Origin: Fimbriimonadia bacterium
Lineage (GTDB): Bacteria; Armatimonadota; Fimbriimonadia; Fimbriimonadales; JABRVX01
DNA: 64,000 nucleotides
Reading direction: 5' to 3'
NCBI GenBank assembly: GCA_041483895.1
Contig: JBGPGO010000001.1
Location: 256,001 to 320,000 of the forward strand
Shown here piece by piece: positions 31,131 to 40,309 of this stretch (positions are counted from its first letter, which is position 1; every line of letters begins with the position of its first letter). A model generated the notes under the pieces. That model saw only the letters and a program-made list of their open reading frames with translations, made no database searches and was not told where the DNA came from. The translations under genes were made by a program, and so were the position numbers.

Positions 31131-32989
31131 GCCGCCACCCCGCTGCCATGTCCAATAAATATCGCCGCGCCAATTACGTTGATGTTGGAGGCCGTCATGC
31201 CTTCCAACAGCCCCTCCACTATCTCCGCTGAATCCGTGCCTTGCTGCAGGTCGAGCATCACACGGTCCGCCAATCGCACCGCTGCGTAGGCCGCGGGGAA
31301 CTCGCTCGGCGACGGCAGGTCGATCATCACCAGCGATCCCGTCGTCCGATAGGACTGGACCGCCTCGGACATCCCGCGTATCTCCGGCGCCGGCACGATC
31401 CGCATTCCGGGGCTCTCCGTCTGCATGGATTGATTCGGTTGAATCACCACGACGCTGTGCCCTTGCCGCACCGCCGCGGATGCGAGCGCCTTGGTGGTCT
31501 CGCGCGCGCCGCTTTGGGAGGAGACGACCGCCAGCACCCGCCACTCGGTGCCTGCGCCCGCGAGCGCCAACCGGCCAAACAGCCGATCGGCTTCCGGTTC
31601 CGGCAGCGCGCGGGAATAGCTGCCCATCGAGGGGATGCCAAGGAGCTCCGGCGCGTCCTTTGCGACCCGGACGCGGCGGTCGGCGCTTTCCACCGCTACG
31701 CAGGCAGTTAAGCTGAGAATGCAGGCCATCAGCAGACCTATAACGCTGTACAGCACCGGGCGCGGTTGGGACAGACGGAGCGGCGGCGACGCGGGCTCAA
31801 TGACAACCGGACGAATGATCGTCGCATATTCTTGAACCTTCAATTCCTCATATTTCTGGGTGAGGCCCGCCCACACCGTCGCCAGCGACTCTCGTTCACG
31901 CTGCAATGTTCCGAACTGCTGCGTTTGAGCCGGCAGGATACTGACCTGCCGCTCCAATTTGGGAACGATCCGCTTCAGCTCCGCCAGCTTGGCCATGTTT
32001 GCTACAAGAGTCGCATCTGTCTCGGCGACCTTTTGAATCAAGGCAAGCTGGACCGGGTTTGCCTGATCCATCACTTGCTGCTCATACATCTCGCCTTTGA
32101 TTGCTCCGGCAAGCGCTGTCGCGAGCCGCTTTTCCGTCTCCGCGATCTGCTCGTCAACCTCTTTCACTTCCGGCTGGTCGGTCTTGTATTCGTACTGGCG
32201 CTTTGCCCTTTCTACGTTCAGCTCATTCAGGTCCTGGCGCAACTTATCTACCACCGGCGAGGTGCCGTAGGCGGTCGAAAAGCGTATTGTCGGGGCCTCC
32301 TTCGCGAATTCGGCTCGCAATCGATCGGCTTCCATCCGCCCGGCCGCCGCCTCTACCTGAGTCTCATGCAGCTCATCCTCCGCTGCGCCGAGCCGGGTCA
32401 CTAGCAGCTTCATCTCCTCTTCCGGAAGGCCGAGCTTGTTGCGTTCCAGCCAGCCAACCATTTCGGCCTCCTTGGCCTTTAGCTGCCCCTCGATTTCCAG
32501 CAATCGGCGATGAACGTCCCCGGCGGTGGAATCTGCCTCCATCTCCTGCCGCCTTTCCGTGTCCAACATGTAACCCTGAACCAAGGAATTCGTGATTTCC
32601 GCCGCCTTTTCCGGGGTCGGGCCGGCCGCGAACACCTTGACGATCTCGGTCTGTTTCGGGTGCATCGCGTGCACCTTCTTCTCCAGGTCTTCCGGGCGCA
32701 TGCCCAGCTTCAACTCGCGGATCGTCCGCTCCAGGTTGGGGCGAGCCAAAATAACCTCCAACTGCGTCTCCGGCGAAGGCCCGCTGGAGGCGCCCACCAG
32801 GTCAGATAAAATCGCTCCCTGGGCGCTGAGGTTGAGTCCCGAATCGAGGAGGACGGTCGATTGCGCTTCGTATTCTCGTGGCAGGAACAGGATCAGCCCG
32901 GCCGTAACGGCAAGGACCGTACCAAAAATCCAAATGGCCAGGCCCCGGCGCTTGCGTAGGACCTGTAAATAGTCTTGCGGGAACCGCAC
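31127..32989 (-). CDS. GumC/Wzc-like polysaccharide co-polymerase with a degenerate kinase domain
   Basis: TM, PREYEAQSTV, long coiled coil, VIEPASPP..SQPR, TM, then a P-loop-like fold without Walker A. Confidence 0.85.
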   Translation of the reverse strand: MRFPQDYLQVLRKRRGLAIWIFGTVLAVTAGLILFLPREYEAQSTVLLDSGLNLSAQGAILSDLVGASSGPSPETQLEVILARPNLERTIRELKLGMRPEDLEKKVHAMHPKQTEIVKVFAAGPTPEKAAEITNSLVQGYMLDTERRQEMEADSTAGDVHRRLLEIEGQLKAKEAEMVGWLERNKLGLPEEEMKLLVTRLGAAEDELHETQVEAAAGRMEADRLRAEFAKEAPTIRFSTAYGTSPVVDKLRQDLNELNVERAKRQYEYKTDQPEVKEVDEQIAETEKRLATALAGAIKGEMYEQQVMDQANPVQLALIQKVAETDATLVANMAKLAELKRIVPKLERQVSILPAQTQQFGTLQRERESLATVWAGLTQKYEELKVQEYATIIRPVVIEPASPPLRLSQPRPVLYSVIGLLMACILSLTACVAVESADRRVRVAKDAPELLGIPSMGSYSRALPEPEADRLFGRLALAGAGTEWRVLAVVSSQSGARETTKALASAAVRQGHSVVVIQPNQSMQTESPGMRIVPAPEIRGMSEAVQSYRTTGSLVMIDLPSPSEFPAAYAAVRLADRVMLDLQQGTDSAEIVEGLLEGMTASNINVIGAAIFIGHGSGVAA

Positions 32990-33143
32990 ATCTTCCCCCT
33001 AGAGAAGGCAGGCTCCGGTAAGCCTGCCGGGTTGACAATCCGAACCTAACAATCTGCTTCAATTGTTGGGGGGGATGACCGCTTTCTTTAGCCGATACCC
33101 TACCTAGGGACGGCATGCGTCGTCCGCGTTAGGAGGCAGACCT

Positions 33144-35252
33144 GTGAGAGTTACTTCATTTCTTTCGGCCCTGGGTGCGGTGTGTGTTGGTCTCCCTGCC
33201 CTCGGCCATGCCGGTTGGACCGGAAGCATCGGCGGTCTCGAGCTCACCAGACCCTTGCAAATCCAAGCCGTCTCCGAGGGTCTGATTGGGCGGCTTGCGA
33301 GCGCTGGAGCCAATGCCCCGGCCGGATACTACGTCGTTCATTTCTATGCCGTACCGACCGAAAAAATGCTCGCGAAGCTGGCCGGCATAGGCGTGACCCT
33401 GCACGAGCCCATCTCCGGCAACGGATATCTCAGCCATCTGGATGCCGGAAGCGCGGCGGCGCTGCTGCATACCACCGGGGTGCGCGGCCTCTACCCGTAT
33501 CAACCGCTCTTGAAGGTGGCCCCGTCCTTGGTGCGCCAGTTGGATTCGCCCACTCTCGCCAATCCGGCCCTTCGCGGAGATCGGATAACAGTGGGCGTGG
33601 AAATGTTCCCGGAGGCGGACGCGACGGCGCTGGCCGACCGTCTGACGCGTTTTGGCGCGGAGGTTCGCTCCAACCAAGCGACGCCTGTCGGATCCATGAT
33701 GCTGGTGGACCTGCCTGCCTGGCAGATCGCCGGCCTCGCCCTCACAGACGGGGTCAAATGGATCGATCGTGTGTCCGAACCGCATCTTGACAACAATGTC
33801 GCCCGTGTCCTCATCGGGGCCGATCCCGCAGGCGCGCGCTATGCGCCATCTAACGCCCTCTATGGCTCCGGGGAAGTGATCGCCATCGTCGATACCGGCC
33901 TCGATACCGGTCTCGCTGGTACGGTTCACCCTGATCTTCGTGGGCGGATCGTCAATGCAACCGCATGGGCCAACTCCACATGGGCGGATGATGAAGGCCA
34001 TGGGACGCACGTCGCGGGCACCGCGGCAGGCAACGGAACCCAATCCGGGTCAAATCCAGGGAGCCATGTGTACACGAACAGCTACGCCGGGGTTGCGCCC
34101 GACGCGGGCCTCAGCATCCAGTCGGTGATTTCGAGCACAGGCAGCCTCAGCGGCCTCAACAGCTTCTTCAACATTATGGCGACCGCTTATAACGACGGCG
34201 CGCGGGTCTGCAACAACAGCTGGGGCGCGGACACCCGTGGGGTCTATGACTACTACGCCCGGCTCGCGGATAGCTTCAGCTACTCCAACCCCGACTTTCT
34301 GATGGTCTTCGCGGCCGGAAACGCGGGTGTCGATGTCAATCGCGACGGGATCATTGATTTTCAGTCGGTCGGTTCGCCCGGTGTCGCCAAGAACGTTCTT
34401 ACCGTGGGGGCCGGCGAAAACAATGAGAGCGGCCGATCCGGGGCGGCACGGTATGGGAGGACGTACGGCTATTTCGGCTTCCCGACCTTCCCCATCAGCG
34501 GAGACAACATCGCGAATACCCCGAACGGCTTGGCCGCATTCAGCAGCCGGGGACCGACCAGGGACAACCGAATGAAGCCGGAGATCGTCGCCCCAGGGAC
34601 CGCGATCATCTCCACGCGCTCCTCTCAGCCCGAGGCCTATTACGACAAGGTGGTCAATCAGTGGTACGCGTTCTCCAGCGGAACCAGCATGGCCTCTCCG
34701 GTCGTGACCGGGGCCGCGGCGATCGTCCACCAATACTTGAAGAACATCAAGAGCATCGCCGAACCGACGTCGGCTCTTATGAAGGCCGTGATGATGGTTT
34801 CCGCCCGCGACCTGTCCCCCGGCCAATACGGGGTGGGTACGAAGCGCGAAATCCAACCGGCCCCCAACAATTCGGAAGGCTTTGGCCGAGTTGACGTTGC
34901 GGCAGCGACCTCAACGGCCATGCAGATTCTGGCCTCCGACGCAACCGTCGCGAACCGCGCCTACGTGGACTACACGCTGAACGTCCCCGGCGGGAAGCCG
35001 GAGATGAGAACCGTGCTCTGTTGGACCGATCCACTCGCCGCCAGCACAGCGAACACCCAGTTGGTGAACAACCTTGACCTGACCGTGTATGCGCCCGACG
35101 GCACTCGCTATATCGGACGCTCGACGGTCAATAACTGGGAGTCGCTCTATTGGGCGTTTCCGAAGCCAGGAGTTTGGACGTTCCGAGTCACGGGCGCATC
35201 CGTTCCCGCAGGACCGCAACATTTCTCTCTCGTCGCGTTCTGGCGATACTAA
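33144..35252 (+). CDS. S8 family subtilisin-like serine peptidase (Kp43-like)
   Basis: Catalytic triad IVDTGLD, GHGTHVAG, SGTSMASP; FAAGN; C-terminal NNLDL...NNWE domain. Confidence 0.95.
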   Translation: MRVTSFLSALGAVCVGLPALGHAGWTGSIGGLELTRPLQIQAVSEGLIGRLASAGANAPAGYYVVHFYAVPTEKMLAKLAGIGVTLHEPISGNGYLSHLDAGSAAALLHTTGVRGLYPYQPLLKVAPSLVRQLDSPTLANPALRGDRITVGVEMFPEADATALADRLTRFGAEVRSNQATPVGSMMLVDLPAWQIAGLALTDGVKWIDRVSEPHLDNNVARVLIGADPAGARYAPSNALYGSGEVIAIVDTGLDTGLAGTVHPDLRGRIVNATAWANSTWADDEGHGTHVAGTAAGNGTQSGSNPGSHVYTNSYAGVAPDAGLSIQSVISSTGSLSGLNSFFNIMATAYNDGARVCNNSWGADTRGVYDYYARLADSFSYSNPDFLMVFAAGNAGVDVNRDGIIDFQSVGSPGVAKNVLTVGAGENNESGRSGAARYGRTYGYFGFPTFPISGDNIANTPNGLAAFSSRGPTRDNRMKPEIVAPGTAIISTRSSQPEAYYDKVVNQWYAFSSGTSMASPVVTGAAAIVHQYLKNIKSIAEPTSALMKAVMMVSARDLSPGQYGVGTKREIQPAPNNSEGFGRVDVAAATSTAMQILASDATVANRAYVDYTLNVPGGKPEMRTVLCWTDPLAASTANTQLVNNLDLTVYAPDGTRYIGRSTVNNWESLYWAFPKPGVWTFRVTGASVPAGPQHFSLVAFWRY

Positions 35253-36010
35253 AAGCCGGAATACCAGTCGTATCCGCGCTCGGCCCAGTAATCGCTGGGC
35301 CGAGCTTCCATCTGCCGGATAGCTCCAACCCATTTGATGCTCTTGATCCCGTATTTGGTTGGGACCACCAGCCGAAGCGGCGCGCCGTGCGGCACAGTGA
35401 GAGGCTGGCTGTTCATTTCATAGCAAAGCAGGGTCTGCGGGTGCATGAGCGCCTCACGTTCCAGCCCGACATAATAACCTCTGTCCGGCGTCTCGATGCT
35501 GGCGTGGGGAGCGATGTCGCCATTCCAAAAGTGCTGCGCCAGCTCCGCAAACGGTGTGCCTCCCCAGTGCACGATATAGCTCCATCCCTCTATGCACTTA
35601 TGCTCCGTCACAATCTCGGTGAACGGCAGCTTCCGGATATCCTCCATGCCGATCTGGATGACTTTTCGATGCGCGTCGATGAGGTTGATGACCCACGATG
35701 CCTGAACATCCGGGTTTTCATAGCTGGGACTGAGTCCAAGGGTGCCGTTGACCCGGGGCATTTCCGCGTGAGACCGATCGAACGTAGGCGCCAACCGCCC
35801 GGAGCTGCCGACCGATCGCCAAAAACGTTCACTGAAACCAAATCCAGACCGGAAGGGACCACCGATTCCGTCTTCCTTCGGCCGAGAGATCAGCCAGCGC
35901 CATCCCCCAAACCCGGCGGCCAAAGAGACCGCCGCCCAAAGAAATCCGCGGCGCGAACGCATCCGCATCTCTTCCTCGGGCGAGTGGTCTTCCTTGGGCT
36001 TTTCTGACAT
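35249..36010 (-). CDS. Molybdopterin-dependent oxidoreductase (sulfite oxidase/MsrP-like), Tat-type
   Basis: SRRGFL Tat motif, HKCIEGWS, HGAPLRLVVPTKYGIKSIKW, YWAERGYDW. Confidence 0.9.
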   Translation of the reverse strand: MSEKPKEDHSPEEEMRMRSRRGFLWAAVSLAAGFGGWRWLISRPKEDGIGGPFRSGFGFSERFWRSVGSSGRLAPTFDRSHAEMPRVNGTLGLSPSYENPDVQASWVINLIDAHRKVIQIGMEDIRKLPFTEIVTEHKCIEGWSYIVHWGGTPFAELAQHFWNGDIAPHASIETPDRGYYVGLEREALMHPQTLLCYEMNSQPLTVPHGAPLRLVVPTKYGIKSIKWVGAIRQMEARPSDYWAERGYDWYSGF

Positions 36011-36013
36011 GCC

Positions 36014-36478
36014 TTATAGAATGGGCGGGCCAACCAGCTCGATGCCATATTGGTCGGCGACCGCCGCAAGGTCCGTAAAGTCCATCATGCCGTCTTCCGA
36101 CCCGGTGTCCAATTCCTCCAAAAACCGTTCGTAACCGGCTGGCGTCAGGAACTGAAGGAATCGACCGGGTTTCTTGCCGACGTTTTTGTATGTGTGCGGC
36201 ATGCCCTTCGGGAAGTAGACGAACGCCCCCGCGCCGACCGTGTCCACATGATCGCCGACCTGCAGCTTGAAATCACCCTCTAAGATATAGAACGCCTCGT
36301 CTTCCTTCTGATGGATGTGCAGCGGCGGGCCGTTGCCCGGCAACTCGATCCCCTCGAACAGGGAAAACGCCCCGCCGGTTGTTTCGCGATCCGCCTTACA
36401 GGTTATGAGGGCCCCCATCGCGTTATAGGAGCGACCCTCGCTTTTTCCCAACAGGGTCACTACTTTGTCGATTGTCAA
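36014..36478 (-). CDS. Cupin domain protein (quercetin dioxygenase-like)
   Basis: GPPLHIHQKEDEAFYILEG, PKGMPHTY, TPAGYERF; TTG start after GAGG. Confidence 0.88.
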   Translation of the reverse strand: MTIDKVVTLLGKSEGRSYNAMGALITCKADRETTGGAFSLFEGIELPGNGPPLHIHQKEDEAFYILEGDFKLQVGDHVDTVGAGAFVYFPKGMPHTYKNVGKKPGRFLQFLTPAGYERFLEELDTGSEDGMMDFTDLAAVADQYGIELVGPPIL

Positions 36479-36525
36479 ACCTCGTGCCTCCGATGCAGTC
36501 TGTTTTTTGTCTCTTCTATTATGGT

Positions 36526-37224
36526 CTACGCATTCTTGGCAGGCCGCCGTTTTACCGCAATCGGGTCCTTTGGGTCTGCCGGAACAAGTTCGTACCCGGT
36601 CACCATCGCGCGAAAATTGTTCCATCCCGCTCGAATTACCTGCGCGACATGGACCAGGAAGAACAAAACGAACGCGATGGTGAGGACGAAATGCCACGTT
36701 CGAGCGAGCTGATAGCCCCCAAACAGCGTCGCCAGCCAAGAAAACTGCACCGATTTATAGATGGCCAGACCCGTCAGCAGTGAGCCCAGGCCCACGAGAA
36801 TCACGCCAGTGTAAGCGAACTGCTGGGCGCCGTTGAACTTCCGCCGGGGCGGATGCTCCGTCGAGAGCTTCAGGTCATACCTCACCACCTGAAGCGCCTC
36901 CTTCAGGCTTCCATTTTTCGGCACGATGTACCGCCATTGTTTGGAAATCGCCAGGTACAGCACGTATAGGATGCCGTTGATAGTGAAGAACCAGGCAAAG
37001 AGAAAGTGCCAACCCATGCCTTCCGCCAGCCGATGGTCAATGTGAGCGGCATCGTAGAACGAATCGGGGAAGAATGGGAAGAGGGTCCAACCGCCCCACC
37101 CGATCCGATAAACATGGTTGGCCCAATAGATCAGGGTGCCGCTCCACACCATGGCCAACATCACCGGAAAATTGATCCAGTGAAACCAGCGGATGGCGAG
37201 CGGGTGTTTCTTCTCAATCCTCAT
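36526..37224 (-). CDS. Cytochrome b/b6 domain membrane protein (partner of the Mo-oxidoreductase)
   Basis: HPLAIRWFHWIN, GWHFLFAW, KFNGAQQFAY, ARTWHF..FFLVHV. Confidence 0.88.
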   Translation of the reverse strand: MRIEKKHPLAIRWFHWINFPVMLAMVWSGTLIYWANHVYRIGWGGWTLFPFFPDSFYDAAHIDHRLAEGMGWHFLFAWFFTINGILYVLYLAISKQWRYIVPKNGSLKEALQVVRYDLKLSTEHPPRRKFNGAQQFAYTGVILVGLGSLLTGLAIYKSVQFSWLATLFGGYQLARTWHFVLTIAFVLFFLVHVAQVIRAGWNNFRAMVTGYELVPADPKDPIAVKRRPAKNA

Positions 37225-37324
37225 GCGCGTGTGCCCCAAGCCGCCAGGATGGCAGCGCTTCCAGTGCCGGCTGGAAGCCGGCGTTAGAAAAACCAGAATG
37301 CCTGACCCCCCGTTTCCTTTCCAA

Positions 37325-37627
37325 CTACTCGGGAGTCCCGCCTTTTTCATACGAGGCCACCTGCCGGGCGATATCCGGTATCTGCTCCACGGCCTTCTGG
37401 GCGTTTGATCGATACGCGCCTTCCAGAACCTGCCGAACGTTTTCGCCACTGACCTTGGCGCCCGCCCTTTTGAGCGCTTCGCGCGCCATCTCCACCACGG
37501 CTTCGGGCTTCATGTCCACACCGGAGGCCCTGATGAAATTCTTTGCGGCGTCCAGTTCTCTGGAGCTATACCCTCCGCCGCATCCCACCAGCATCGTTAT
37601 CCCTATCGCAACAAGCAATGCTCTCAT
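37325..37627 (-). CDS. Hypothetical lipoprotein
   Basis: MRALLVAIGITMLVGC lipobox. Confidence 0.75.
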   Translation of the reverse strand: MRALLVAIGITMLVGCGGGYSSRELDAAKNFIRASGVDMKPEAVVEMAREALKRAGAKVSGENVRQVLEGAYRSNAQKAVEQIPDIARQVASYEKGGTPE

Positions 37628-37674
37628 GCCGCAAGTATACCGGCGTAATGTCGGCTCTCAACTCGTGGTCATCG

Positions 37675-37710
37675 TAGGACATATAGGACCAATAAGTCCA
37701 ATATGTTCTA
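37675..37710. repeat. 9-bp periodic repeat (TAGGACATA-type), copy 2
   Basis: taggacata taggaccaa taagtccaa tatgttcta. Confidence 0.6.
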
Positions 37711-37751
37711 CGAGACAGGAACATGCCGTTAAGTGTCGAACCTAACACGCA

Positions 37752-38714
37752 ATGCCCTACGAGATGTTTGACCCAAACCGGCTTCACATCGAGCCGTTGG
37801 CCCAGCGAGAACATTTGCAGAGTCTGGAAGAGATGTACCGATTGGATGAGCCCTTCGAGATGCTCGACAATCCGAACATCCAGACCATAGCGAAAGACAT
37901 TCTCGCGGCGCGGAAGCGCAATGCCTCCGTCATCCTCACCATGGGCGCGCACGTGATCAAATACGGCCTGTCGCGCTTCATCATCGACCTCATGCAAAAC
38001 GGATGGGTCACCCACGTCGCCACCAACGGCGCGGGGCCGATCCACGATTATGAAATGGCGATGATCGGTAAGACATCCGAGAGCGTGCCCAACTATATCC
38101 GCAAGGGGCAGTTTGGCATGTGGAAGGAGACGGGAGAGCTGAACCGCGCGGCGGTCATCGGCGCGGAACAGGGGATTGGGCTCGGCGAGGCGATCGGAGG
38201 CCTGATTGAGAAAGAGAAGTTTCCCCATCGGGATGTCAGCGTTTTCGCGTCGGGATTTCGTCTGCGCGTGCCGGTGACCGTGCATGTCTGCATCGGCCAA
38301 GACATCATCCACCAGCATCCCAACTTCGATGCCGCCGCCACCGGACTCTGCTCCTATCGCGACTTCCTTATCTTCGCCAACAGCGTGTGCAACTTGGAAG
38401 GCGGTGTGTTTCTCAACTTCGGCTCCGCCGTGATGGGGCCGGAGGTCTATCTGAAGGCGCTCTCGATGGCCAGAAACGTGGCGTACCAAGAAAGTCGGCA
38501 GATTTCAGATTTCACAACCGCCGTCTTCGACCTCATCCCGATCACGGGAGAATTCCACGACGAACCGCCGAAGACCGATCCGCGCTACTACTATCGTCCC
38601 TGGAAAACCATCCTCGTTCGCACCGTCGCCGATGGCGGCCAAAGCTACTATGTGCAAGGCCATCACAAGGACACCGTGCGCACGCTTTGGAGGCGCCTTC
38701 GGGACCTTTCGTAG
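37752..38714 (+). CDS. Conserved hypothetical protein, deoxyhypusine-synthase-like fold
   Basis: MGAHVIKYGL, ATNGAGPIHD, VTVHVCIGQDIIH, GSAVMGPEVYLKAL, GHH. Confidence 0.7.
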   Translation: MPYEMFDPNRLHIEPLAQREHLQSLEEMYRLDEPFEMLDNPNIQTIAKDILAARKRNASVILTMGAHVIKYGLSRFIIDLMQNGWVTHVATNGAGPIHDYEMAMIGKTSESVPNYIRKGQFGMWKETGELNRAAVIGAEQGIGLGEAIGGLIEKEKFPHRDVSVFASGFRLRVPVTVHVCIGQDIIHQHPNFDAAATGLCSYRDFLIFANSVCNLEGGVFLNFGSAVMGPEVYLKALSMARNVAYQESRQISDFTTAVFDLIPITGEFHDEPPKTDPRYYYRPWKTILVRTVADGGQSYYVQGHHKDTVRTLWRRLRDLS

Positions 38715-38884
38715 GACCGCGAGAACCTCGGGCTCCCAATCTCGTCAACAAACTGTCCAGAGTCCTATCGCTGCAAAGCGTGGCGGGCGAGAGGAGTATG
38801 CTGTCTACACTCCGAACACATCTGGAAGACGTGTGGCCCCCTGCCATCGGTTGGGGGCCATCCGCCACGTGTTGGGAGGGTTCT

Positions 38885-39316
38885 ATGCTCAAGGAATTCA
38901 AACAGTTTGCCATGCAGGGCAACATGCTCGATCTCGCCGTTGGACTTATTCTCGGCGTTGCATTTGGCGCGATTGTTACGTCGCTAGTAGGAGATGTGAT
39001 CATGCCTGCGATCGGCGGAATCTTCGGCGGGTTCGATTTCAACAATCTCTGCTTCAACTTGTCCGGTGTGCACTATGATACGATGGATGATGCGGTGAAG
39101 GCCGGCGCTCCACTTATCAAATACGGCACGTTCTTGACGAAGGTGATTGACTTTGTCATCGTGGCATTTGTCATATTCTTGTTGGTGCGCGGCGTCAATC
39201 GGATGCGGAAGCAGCCGGAAGCTGTGCCGGATACGAAAGCGTGCCCGTTTTGCATGCAGAACATCCCGATTGCGGCGAAGAAATGCGCGTTCTGCACCTC
39301 CGAGGTGCCTGCATAG
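38885..39316 (+). CDS. mscL: Large-conductance mechanosensitive channel with C-terminal zinc ribbon
   Basis: MLKEFKQFAMQGNMLDLAVG..AFGAIVTSLVGDVIMP, IKYGTFL; CPFC...CAFC. Confidence 0.95.
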   Translation: MLKEFKQFAMQGNMLDLAVGLILGVAFGAIVTSLVGDVIMPAIGGIFGGFDFNNLCFNLSGVHYDTMDDAVKAGAPLIKYGTFLTKVIDFVIVAFVIFLLVRGVNRMRKQPEAVPDTKACPFCMQNIPIAAKKCAFCTSEVPA

Positions 39317-40284
39317 ATCGGACACGGATTGCGGAGATTCTGGCTGTTTTTCCGTCGCTGAAGATTGCGGTCTTTGGCGACTTCTATCTGGACAAATATC
39401 TGGTCACGGATCCGGCGCTGGATGAACCGTCCATCGAGACCGGGTTGACCGCGCGGCAGGTGATTAAAATACGTTGTTCTCCAGGGGCAGCCGGGACGGT
39501 GGCCTCCAACTTGGCGGCGCTAGGGGTCGGGAAAGTGTTTGCGGTCGGCATGATCGGCAGCGACGGCGAGGGGTTCGATCTGACGCATGCCTTGCGCAGC
39601 CGGGGGATTCGTACAGAGGGCCTCATTGTGTCCCAGCAGTGGCGGACGCCGTGCTACATGAAACCGACGTCGGGCGAGCTGGAATTGGAGCGGCTGGATA
39701 TCCATAACTATGAGCCCCCGCGATTGAAGTCGCTGCGCAAAGCGCTGGATTCCCTTGAGTCACTGGAAGTGGACGGCATTCATGTCGGCGATCAGCGCAT
39801 CGCCGACAACGGCGGCGTTGTCAGCGAATTGGCGCGGGAGCGGATCATGTCTCTTGACGGCCCTCCAATCCTTGTTGATTCCCGTTCGCGCATTGCACTC
39901 TATCGAAGCGTGATTGTCAAGCCGAATCTGTCCGAGGCGGCCGGCGCGTTGGGCGAGCCTGCCGACCCCGCACGCTCGGAAGAGTATGCCCTTGCCATGT
40001 CAGCCCGCACAAGCAAACCCGCCTTCATCACGCTCGGATCATCAGGCATCGCCGTCGCAAGCGAGGGCGTCGCCGCAACTGTCCCCGCCCACCCTATCGA
40101 CGGCCCCATTGATATCACCGGCGCGGGGGATGCGGCGGCGGCGGCCCTCATTGCTTGCATCGCCGCCGGCGCAACGCCAACAGAGGCCGCAGTCATCGCA
40201 AACCTCGCCGCCGCCGTCGCGATCCAAAAGATTGGAACCACCGGTACTGCTACCCAGCGCGAGATTCTTGCGCTTGTAACCTAA
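39313..40284 (+). CDS. PfkB family carbohydrate kinase (HldE/RfaE kinase-like); start uncertain
   Basis: GDFYLDKY, PGAAGTVASNL, VKPNLSEA, DITGAGD; alternative ATG at 39283. Confidence 0.85.
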   Translation: MDRTRIAEILAVFPSLKIAVFGDFYLDKYLVTDPALDEPSIETGLTARQVIKIRCSPGAAGTVASNLAALGVGKVFAVGMIGSDGEGFDLTHALRSRGIRTEGLIVSQQWRTPCYMKPTSGELELERLDIHNYEPPRLKSLRKALDSLESLEVDGIHVGDQRIADNGGVVSELARERIMSLDGPPILVDSRSRIALYRSVIVKPNLSEAAGALGEPADPARSEEYALAMSARTSKPAFITLGSSGIAVASEGVAATVPAHPIDGPIDITGAGDAAAAALIACIAAGATPTEAAVIANLAAAVAIQKIGTTGTATQREILALVT

Positions 40285-40309
40285 CTTCCTGCCATACTGA
40301 CGAATCGGC

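Noticed and set aside
39239..39295. Zinc ribbon on MscL as a novelty
   Set aside because: CxxC...CxxC tails are already seen in many MscL homologues
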